NCBI GenBank assembly: GCA_937625935.1
Contig: OW569389.1
Coordinates: forward strand, 62,001-126,000
Length of the DNA stretch: 64,000 nucleotides
Direction of reading: 5' to 3'
DNA from: Tetramitus jugosus
Taxonomy: Eukaryota > Protista > Heterolobosea
The position numbers were made by a program, and so were the translations under genes. Below the pieces are notes generated by a model. That model did no database searches, was not told the DNA's origin, and saw nothing but the letters and a program-made list of their open reading frames with translations. Shown here piece by piece: positions 23,974 through 32,351 of the stretch. Positions within the stretch are counted from its first letter, which is position 1. The number at the start of each line of letters is the position of its first letter.

Positions 23974-24523
23974 GATAAGAAGAAGTATGTGAATGATAAT
24001 TTCTTACGCGACCGTGAGAGAAACAAGAAGTTTCTTAAATAGTTAGTTTTCGTTAGGGTATTGTGATGAGAGATGATTGAAGATCGTATTTCGCACCAAA
24101 TTCGAATGAATTGAACCGTGCGTATTCAATGGAAACTCTCCTGTCAATTGATTATGCATCGCGAATGCAAAATGATAATTTATTTAAGTTAGTGTCTTTG
24201 AATGAAACTTCCTCTTGTTGTTCATTTGAAGATGTATGAAATACAACTGGATGAAAGAGACACCTACTCTCTTTGCAGTTCACAAATGAATCCACACGGC
24301 AACAATAATTATGGATCAATCCAAACCAATGTACCTATCGGTGCACATCATGAAGTCAAGTGTCAAATGGTAACACTATCCTCTCTAAACAATGAAATAA
24401 AAGACCAATTTTGTGACACCGCGATTGAAATACCCCGTGAATTTTTCCGCTTAAATTCCCAACAAACAAAAACAAATTGTTCCAAGGGAGTCGATTATTA
24501 TTTTTCTGCAAAATAGAATATAG

Positions 24524-25546
24524 ATGGAGAGTGGAGTTGCTGTTGTTGGATCTTCTTTCATGGATCTCGTTCACATGGTTCATAATCTTCCGAAATCCGG
24601 AGAAACTATATTTGCCCGTCAATACGTAGAGGGTTTGGGCGGGAAAGGCAACAATCAAGCTGCGATGGTATCCAAGTTGATGCATGCTAGCTCTAATGGT
24701 GCACAAGATTCCAAATGCTTGTTTATTACGGGAGTGGGAGGTGATGGATTCTCTCAATCCATGCTCGAAAGCTTCCATAAGCACTTTGACTCAGTCGATC
24801 AAACTGTGTTTCAATTCAAGGAGACAACCACTGGAAGAGCAATGATCAATGTGGATGATCAAGGCCGAAACAGCATTGTCTTGATCCGTGGTGCAAATGA
24901 ACTGTTGTCCAAGACTCACGTTGATCAGTGTTGGTCGCTGATTGAGCAAAGCACACGTGTTCTCGTGACACAGAATGAAATTCCATTTGAAACGACAGTG
25001 CATGCACTGAAGAGAGCCAAAGAAAGTCAACTGTTGACAGTATTCAATACTGCTCCTGCACCAAAGCCTTCTGACCTGCATGGTGACGTGATTCAGTATG
25101 TTGATGTGCTGTGTCCGAATGAAACGGAAGCAATTTCCATTATTGGTCACTCAGAGTTTGCTGAGAAGCAAGAATTGACTGTGGAAGATGGACAACACAT
25201 TGCCAAGACTCTGTATGAAAAGTATGTGAAAGAGAACAGTGCTTGCTCACATGTTCAAATCGTGGTTACACTTGGTGAGAAAGGAGCTGTTGCCTACATG
25301 AATGAAAACTTTAGCTTGAGTAATAGAGATCAAGGAGAGCGTATTTTAGCACATTTTCCACTAACCGAAAAGAAGGTTGTTGTAGATACGACAGGAGCTG
25401 GAGATGCTTTCGTCGGTTCACTAGCCTACTTCTTATCTAAGAACATTCGATTACAAGATGCTATCCCAATGTCCAATATTGTTGCTAGTGACAGTGTCAC
25501 AAAATTTGGTTCTCAAGCTTCCTTCTCTGGTGATTTCCAATTCTAA
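24524..25546 (+). CDS. RBKS: Ribokinase (PfkB family)
   Basis: VVGS..MD, GGKGNNQA, QNEIP, PNETE, DTTGAGDAF signatures. Confidence 0.92.
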   Translation: MESGVAVVGSSFMDLVHMVHNLPKSGETIFARQYVEGLGGKGNNQAAMVSKLMHASSNGAQDSKCLFITGVGGDGFSQSMLESFHKHFDSVDQTVFQFKETTTGRAMINVDDQGRNSIVLIRGANELLSKTHVDQCWSLIEQSTRVLVTQNEIPFETTVHALKRAKESQLLTVFNTAPAPKPSDLHGDVIQYVDVLCPNETEAISIIGHSEFAEKQELTVEDGQHIAKTLYEKYVKENSACSHVQIVVTLGEKGAVAYMNENFSLSNRDQGERILAHFPLTEKKVVVDTTGAGDAFVGSLAYFLSKNIRLQDAIPMSNIVASDSVTKFGSQASFSGDFQF

Positions 25547-25599
25547 AACAATCATGAAATAATTACAGTTTTATATTTAACGTTTCGTTTCGAGTTAAG

Positions 25600-26880
25600 T
25601 TAGAGAATTTGGCAAGTTTTTGAATGGTGTTTTTTGACACTGATAGAGTCTTCAAAGAGGTGTTGCGGAGGTGAAAGGTTCCTATCCATCACGGCTGCCC
25701 TCTTCTTTGGACACAACAAACTTGGATACCACCCAATTTGCCCACAATCCTCTATCATTACCCTTCCTGTTGGAACTCCATCCTTATCACCCATGGAATT
25801 CATTTTCAAAACGACATCCCATCCCTTTACCACACTTCCAAACGCATAGTACTGCCGATCTAAACTAGGACAATCTCTCATACAGATAAAGAACTGGCAT
25901 CCATTGGTGTTAGGACCCTTATTGCTCATACTTATTGTTCCCTTCTTGTGACTCAGAGCATGTTCTTCAGGATCTTCAAAGCACTGACTATCATAAATAC
26001 AATCCACCCCTTCTCCATTGAGTGAAACAAGATCACCTCCCTGGCAGACCAATCCGGGAACAATCCGATGAAAGAACGATGATCGATAATGGAGAATATT
26101 CTTTCTCCTTGATAGTCCACACTGCCCCGTGCAAAGTGACCTAAAATTCTCTGCAATTCTCGGTGCAGCATAAGTATCTAACTCTATTACAATTTTGCCA
26201 ATGGGTTCCCCATCTATATTAATATCCAAAAAGCATCGAGGATACTTCAAATTCAACTCATTCTGATCCAACAACAGCTGAGTCCAATCATTCTGATACC
26301 GACTCACATCCAACACATGATTCCACCAATAATTCTTACAGCACTGTTCATACAACGAATACCTAACCAAGATTCGTTGCCAAAACTTGCACGTCGAATG
26401 AACCATCGATAAACTCTCTGGACAACAAAAAGAGAAGATGTGTGATAAAATTTTCATATTGTAACAAAGATTACGATAAATAGAATTCTTCTTTTGCTGG
26501 AGCGAATGAATCGCCTTGGACTCTGTCGTGGTATCCACTTGCTCTAACAAGTTATCACCCATCAGAGTTAGCTCTAACACTCCTTTGATTGTCCTACGAC
26601 CTCCCCTATGACTCACATGATGAAAATCCTTCTTGTCATCATCATCATCATCATCACCATCAACAACAACAACAGAATAGAACTGTTTTTGTTGTTGTTT
26701 CCTAGCAAGGTACCGATTCTCTCTTCTGAGCTTGTGTAGAGCTTGACTCTCCCTATTCTTCTGATCCAATGATAGTAGTAGTATCAACAATGGATCATCA
26801 CTCTCTTCTTCATCAACAATCTTGACATCATAAGGTGAATGATGACGACGAAGATGAGCTCGTTGATGAACAACAGTCAT
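25600..26880 (-). CDS. F-box-like domain + cyclophilin-type peptidyl-prolyl isomerase
   Basis: ILSHIFSFC..ESLSMVHSTCKFW F-box; APRIAENFRSLCTG, FHRIVPGLVCQGGD, SMSNKGPNTNGCQFFI cyclophilin. Confidence 0.88.
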   Translation of the reverse strand: MTVVHQRAHLRRHHSPYDVKIVDEEESDDPLLILLLSLDQKNRESQALHKLRRENRYLARKQQQKQFYSVVVVDGDDDDDDDKKDFHHVSHRGGRRTIKGVLELTLMGDNLLEQVDTTTESKAIHSLQQKKNSIYRNLCYNMKILSHIFSFCCPESLSMVHSTCKFWQRILVRYSLYEQCCKNYWWNHVLDVSRYQNDWTQLLLDQNELNLKYPRCFLDINIDGEPIGKIVIELDTYAAPRIAENFRSLCTGQCGLSRRKNILHYRSSFFHRIVPGLVCQGGDLVSLNGEGVDCIYDSQCFEDPEEHALSHKKGTISMSNKGPNTNGCQFFICMRDCPSLDRQYYAFGSVVKGWDVVLKMNSMGDKDGVPTGRVMIEDCGQIGWYPSLLCPKKRAAVMDRNLSPPQHLFEDSISVKKHHSKTCQIL

Positions 26881-27556
26881 GCTTGATGAGTGCTTAGTGT
26901 TTATCTCTGATTGAAAATTTCTCTCTCCTATAGAGTTATTCCTCCTCTCAGTAATAAAACGAAAGCGCAGAGCGACAACCAGTGAAGCTCTTGATTTTGT
27001 TCGTGTCTCTCCCCAGGAAAAATTTTGTGTCGGTTGGTGGGTGTTGGGAGAGGCGATTTGGGCAAGTTAGGCGTTGGTTATTTGCTGTAGTGTGGCGCAG
27101 CAACGCTCGGACTCGTTCAATTTTTTAGTCTTTTTCGGAAAGAAGTAAATGTGACTGGTCGCGTTGGGAGACTCATTTTCGTCGAAGAGAAGAGAAGGAA
27201 AGAAATAGTGGGTGTGCTCTTCACTTGCCCTGTGATGGTTTTCTTTGCAGCAACTCAAGATGACGAACGAGAAGCACAAACTTTGGTTTCAACTGATGAA
27301 CGAAGAGTCAAAAAGAGTCATAAGAATCAGAGATTGGAATGATGGAAAGCTTTTTATTCCACCATTCATACCAAAGGTGACTTTGGTCAGTCCACATTCA
27401 TGCGAGATCATATTTTTTGTGTGTCGGCCAATAATTTTTCGTGCATCCTTCAGTCAACCTCAGCAAGTCAACCCAAGGAAAAGCAAAATTATCAAGAAAA
27501 TTTGAACAAAAAAACACCAACCAACTCTTTGTCAAAACCTATACTACACATTAACA

Positions 27557-28270
27557 ATGGTTATCAAGTAAGTTTTCTTGAATGAAATGACTATTTTTGA
27601 AGCGAGCAACACTTTCTACTCTTTGTGATCTCATTGCACCATCAACCATGAATCACTTATTTCATCATCGCCCAAAACTACATACTCCCCTCTTTATGCT
27701 CGTTGTTTTTCTCAAATGCGAAACAATTTATTACGAAAACGGACAATTAACACTCTATTTTTTTCATAAAGGACTGATACTTGTGCATTCAGTGGATTGA
27801 AGATCTTCCCAGGTCACGGTATGAGATATGTCCCTTGCGTGACTGTCCAAACCACCAAGCCAGTTTTCTACTTTGTCTCCTCAAAGGCTAGATACTTGTT
27901 CCACAAGAAGAGAAACCCAAGAGTTATCTCATGGACCGTCCTTTACAGAAAGCAACACAAGAAGGGATCAGAAGAACAATCCAAGAGATCCAGAAAGCGT
28001 AGAGCAAAGAAGATCGAAAGAGGTATTGCTGGTGTTTCTTTGGAAGCTATTAGAGCCCAAAAGAACCAATCTGTTGCTCAAAGAAACCAAATCAGAGCTG
28101 CCACCAAGACTGCTGAGAAGGAGCAAAGAAAGAAGGTTGCTGCCAAGAAGAGCGACGAGAAGGTCAGACAAGATCAATTCAAGAAGTCCGCTGAATTGAA
28201 GTCCAAGAAGACTAGCGCAATCAAGGTCCAAAAGGCTTCCGTTGCCAAGAAGACTCCAAACAGAAGATAA
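27557..28270 (+). CDS. RPL24: 60S ribosomal protein L24 (eL24), 2 exons
   Basis: ATG 27557, intron 27568-27771 (gtaagt..aag) gives MVIKTDTCAFSGLKIFPGHG..KRNPRVISWTVLYRKQHKKG. Strong codon bias. Confidence 0.95.
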
Positions 28271-29140
28271 ACGCTTTTTTGTTTCTATAAATCTTGTTGT
28301 CCGTGTGCTGGATGCACATGTACAAGTCTAACCTTAATTTCGAGTTCTTGTTTTTCTCGCTAAATTGTGTACATGTTGTTCATCCATGCATTCTTTTGCA
28401 CTTGTCCCAGTGTTCCATCATTCTCTTCTTAGTTTCGGCTGGCATGTGGGAACACTCCTTGGAAGAGGACACAACTGCCGTGACAACTTCTCCCGTGCAC
28501 GATAGTTGGATGAAGGCCGCATCAGCGATTCGAGCAATGAGCAGTGATGTTGTTGAGCAAATGAAGGTGCACCTCAGAGAACTGCCCACATTTCGGCCAA
28601 TGACATCATGAAGAGGAATTCCATGCACTCACTGGTGAATATCTCTCGAAAACGATCGAATGTCCAGGTGCTGTTGATATCTTGGAACCCGAGGACAATT
28701 TTTTTCCGTTGGGTCACCATAGAATGAACACGTTATCCGTGTCTGCCTCTCTGGGTAACACTGACTTTTCATCGGTTTCTGTGAAACAGAGTGCCACAGA
28801 ATTGCTATCGTGAGATACATTATGCAGTTGAAAATGAGATGAATAGTGCCACGATGGCCTTTTCTCAGCAAAGGAATGACATGTCATTTTGCTTCCAATT
28901 ATTGAGTGCAGGAGCGGGGGTGACAAAGGAGTTGAATAGCATGTAAGGAAAACAAACTTTACTTCCAACCGATCGGTTCTGTCCGTGGAACTAGATTTAC
29001 AGAACAAGAAGAAACCTTCATCCCACATTGAAACCTTTCCTGCAAGAGTAAAACAAGAAGATAAATGAGCAGCAAGAATGGCTAAATCTTCTTTTCAAAC
29101 AACAAAAGCAACCAATTTACTGATTATTTCTTCGTAACTG

Positions 29141-29226
29141 CCTCACAGTTCAGAGTCACAAAGTGGCTCGTGGGATTACGCTCTATTCCGAGTTGTGATC
29201 CCATTTTCTTTCCCAAACAACAGAAG
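29141..29226 (+). ncRNA. Unknown two-hairpin structured motif, copy 1
   Basis: agtcac-aaa-gtggct; gtgggattacg-ctc-tattcc-gag-t-tgtgatcccat; tail aaacaacagaa. Covaries with copies 2 and 3. Confidence 0.6.
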
Positions 29227-29302
29227 TTAGCAATCATTTGAAACATCCTGGATTCCTAGCAAGTGGCGTTTATTACATATTTACAAGTGAAAGGTTCTCA
29301 AC

Positions 29303-29521
29303 TCAATGAGAAGTAGTTCTCTTCTCCAGCGTGTTCTTTGAGCTAGTTCTTCCCTTCTTCTTGCTCATCACACCAGATAGAGCTGCTCTTGACAATGCAG
29401 TTTCATTGTAATTGATATTTCTTCGCGTTCTTGTTCCCTTTGCGATGATATTCTTTGGCGAGAGTGTGCTTGGTTCCTTGAGGGAGCACTTCTTGATAAT
29501 GTTTCTTCTTGAGCTGGCCAT
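29303..29521 (-). CDS. Small basic protein (72 aa) with CHZ-like motif
   Basis: ATG 29521 after an A/C-rich leader; NIIAKGTRTRRNINY resembles the Chz1 NII.GRRTRG..IDY motif. Confidence 0.6.
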   Translation of the reverse strand: MASSRRNIIKKCSLKEPSTLSPKNIIAKGTRTRRNINYNETALSRAALSGVMSKKKGRTSSKNTLEKRTTSH

Positions 29522-29828
29522 TGTGTTATTGTATTTTGTGAGATTGAGTTGGTTCTTGTTGTTACTTCTGGAGGTTGTTTTTTCTTGTGGCAAACAGACA
29601 AAATTGCTCAACATAAATATCGCATTTTTCATTTCCAGATAATTTTTTCATTTCCATTCTTTTGTAGATCAAGGAACTTTCACAGAGGAACTTTTTTTGC
29701 ACGATCCTCGAAACCACATCGATCTGGTGGTCTTTGACGGGCTTCTTTCGCGTTTTAATCTGCAAGCGATGGAGGTACCAATAGGGTTTGAGCACCAATC
29801 CAACTCAGATAACACACCAGTTTGAAGA

Positions 29829-29916
29829 CCTCATAGTGCACGGTGGCAAAGCCACTGGTGGATCAGAGCTCTATTCCGAGTTTCTGATCCATTTCCTCTT
29901 TCCAATAAAACAGAAG
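29829..29916 (+). ncRNA. Unknown two-hairpin structured motif, copy 2
   Basis: ggtggc-aaa-gccact; gtggatcagag-ctc-tattcc-gag-t-ttctgatccat; tail aaaacagaa. Confidence 0.6.
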
Positions 29917-30238
29917 TAATTCAAGACATACTGTGTCATTCTTGCAATGTCGAACACTCCAAAGTTCTATGTTTTTTGATTCAAATCAAGAATCATACCT
30001 TGAGGTTTCTGTACAGGTCAAGGTTTAGGGACTGGGTATTCTTGTCTCTTCCATTATGTTGGACTGTTGAAGGAGTTGATTCATTTATGGACGAAAACTC
30101 CGAAAAGGAATCGGACAAGAACTATCAATACAATGATTCAAAATCAAAGGAGTTTGTTTGTTGTATAAAATGTGACAATCAAGTGCCCGGGAATGCATCA
30201 CAATCAAAACACAACAAGAACACAACAAATAATTGAGA

Positions 30239-30817
30239 ATGAAAACCAACTTCCTTGTATTAATTGCAATTGTAATTGCTTTCTTTGGATACACGACTGG
30301 CTCTGTCCAAACTCTGTACTGTGGAAAGTACCAATGTCCAGCAAGTAACTTGTGCTGCAGATACAATGTGATTGGAAGTCGACAACAGTGTTACAACCCT
30401 TCCACCCATTCGTGCTATTCTGACAAGTACAAGCCAAAACAGAACTGTCTCTGTGCAAAGTATGATAAATGTTGCAATGGCGTGTGTTACGACACTGCCA
30501 AATTCTTTTGTGACTTGAAAACAGGTACCATCAAGAAACGACTCTATTCGACAAAGGTTTCTCGAAAAACTACATACTCCAACCCAAATCAGTGCGGAAC
30601 CTTCCAATGTGCCACTTCTGATTCATGCTGCCACAACAACATTATTGGTGCGTATAGGGATGTCTGCTATTCTACCGCCACTCACGGTTGCAACGCTGAT
30701 CTATACAATCCATCGTACAATTGTCTCTGTGGAATCCGTGATGCTTGTTGCAACGGCGTTTGCTTCGACAAGTATCTCTACAAGTGCAGTTATGGAAAAG
30801 TGGTTCAATTGAAGTAA
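30239..30817 (+). CDS. Secreted cysteine-rich protein with two ~70-aa repeats
   Basis: Signal peptide, then CG.YQC....CC..N.IG....CY...TH.C..D.Y.P..NCLC...D.CCNGVC.D...C twice. Confidence 0.85.
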   Translation: MKTNFLVLIAIVIAFFGYTTGSVQTLYCGKYQCPASNLCCRYNVIGSRQQCYNPSTHSCYSDKYKPKQNCLCAKYDKCCNGVCYDTAKFFCDLKTGTIKKRLYSTKVSRKTTYSNPNQCGTFQCATSDSCCHNNIIGAYRDVCYSTATHGCNADLYNPSYNCLCGIRDACCNGVCFDKYLYKCSYGKVVQLK

Positions 30818-30963
30818 CTTCTCTTGTAAATCAAAATTTTATAAGCTTTCGTATCGGCTGGCAAATTCATAAAACTCAATGATTATCCAAAGTACAGAGC
30901 GGGTGTGAGTTTTAAATCCTCTTGGTCAGTGCGGAAAGCAGAACCCAGCCAGCAATAGTTAAA

Positions 30964-31083
30964 AGCCTACATTACTGAGGGTTCTCGAGTAGTCTCCTAT
31001 CTCAATACTAACTCAGCCAGATGGTGCTTAACTTCTCTATTCGAAATGGGAAGAGGTGGTTCCACCATTGTATGAACGTAGAC
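30964..31083 (-). rRNA. 5S rRNA gene
   Basis: Reverse complement GTCTACGTTCATAC...GTAGGCTTTT; identical to 32198-32317. Confidence 0.96.
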
Positions 31084-31118
31084 ACAAGATTCAATTTGTA
31101 ATAGTTTCTGGTGCCGAA

Positions 31119-31359
31119 GGCGGACGAAGTGGATCGGGATGAAGAAGTCAGTAGCCGCAAAGAAAGCCACGACCCTCAAGTGTTCACGTCCACCTAAGAG
31201 AAACAGAAGCAATGACCATCTACGAGCCTCATTGGGAAATAAGGTACATATAACCAGGGCCAACGCTCCGCGAGCGTTGGCTAATGTAAACGAAAGACAA
31301 TAACAAGGGCAACTGCCATGGTTGTATTAAAAAAAAGAAAAAAAAGGCAAACGAAGTGG
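31119..31359 (+). mobile_element. Short LINE 3'-end insertion with TSD, 50 bp upstream of 5S
   Basis: TSD ggcggacgaagtgg (31119-31132) and ggcaaacgaagtgg (31346-31359). Codes IGMKKSVAAKKA (cf. NGVKKVMAEKKA). 3' UTR hairpins, ggttgtatt and A8GA8 tail. Confidence 0.85.
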
Positions 31360-31958
31360 TGGGAATCTCCGCGTTTTTCGTGGTTGCAAGATGGGATGTA
31401 GACACTCCACTAGTACTATCTTCCCGTTTTTAAGAGGATGGATGAAATACTAGGTGCAATGATTGGGAATGGGATGACACAGGAGGAAGAGTGGTTGTAT
31501 CAGTTCGATGATCACACTCTCGAAGGACTGCAAACAGAGTTACCGAAGAGAAAGAGAAATTGCTTCTCTGTGTTGTATGGAAAAACAAATTCTGTTTTGA
31601 GTGGATGATCCAATTCAGGTGTCGAAACAGGGGTGGCCAAGTCTTCACAAACTCAAAGGTGACGAAGTCCCGTTCTTGACCCTAAAGAGGAGGATCTGAG
31701 AGACATTCAAGCGGTGAACAAGTGACCATTGGGTTGCAATGATTTGAAGATGGAGAGTTCTAAGTGCAACAAACTACGCGATCATATCTCTGTGAGGAAC
31801 TTCCCTTTGAGAAGGACTCACTGAGACTTGACAAGATTGAGCACAGAGCCTCTGGAAGTTTCCTCAGGAGTAATCAAGTGCTCAACCAAGAATTTGATTT
31901 TTCTGTCAAAGTTCGTGCATTGTTGTGGGTCAACTGTGATTAAAATGCATTTTCTTGG

Positions 31959-32045
31959 TTCTGTTGTTTGTGGTAAATGAAATGGGACAGCAACTCGGAA
32001 TAGAGCGCGATCCCACAAGCCACTTTGTGACTTTGGACAGTGAAG
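31959..32045 (-). ncRNA. Unknown two-hairpin structured motif, copy 3
   Basis: Reverse complement agtcac-aaa-gtggct; gtgggatcgcg-ctc-tattcc-gag-t-tgctgtcccat; tail aaacaacagaa. Confidence 0.6.
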
Positions 32046-32197
32046 GCTTTCAAATGTGCTTGGAACTGCTCGGATATAAAATCTAGTTCTCCTCGGGTGA
32101 AGATAAAGAGGAAAACCGTGCAACTTCTGGCTCAAGAAAGTATGGTTTTCCTGGTTCTTCAAGTTTGAGCCAACTATTTTCGGGCTCAGTTGGCAAA

Positions 32198-32317
32198 AGC
32201 CTACATTACTGAGGGTTCTCGAGTAGTCTCCTATCTCAATACTAACTCAGCCAGATGGTGCTTAACTTCTCTATTCGAAATGGGAAGAGGTGGTTCCACC
32301 ATTGTATGAACGTAGAC
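32198..32317 (-). rRNA. 5S rRNA gene
   Basis: Same sequence as 30964-31083, with a TTTT terminator. Confidence 0.96.
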
Positions 32318-32351
32318 ACAAGATTCAATTTGTAATTGTTTTTGGCCGAAG

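Noticed and set aside
29141-29226. Structured motif as a hammerhead/HDV ribozyme, tRNA, SECIS or H/ACA RNA
   Set aside because: No conserved CUGANGA/GAAA core, no HDV nested pseudoknot, no cloverleaf, no UGA/GA quartet and no pseudouridylation pocket.
30997-31263. Short ORFs overlapping 5S genes (also 32242-32496 and 32290-32472)
   Set aside because: Chance frames through 5S rDNA and LINE sequence.
31360-31950. Spacer between twin 5S genes as an additional LINE copy
   Set aside because: Coding-like, but I could not match it to ORF1 or ORF2 by eye.
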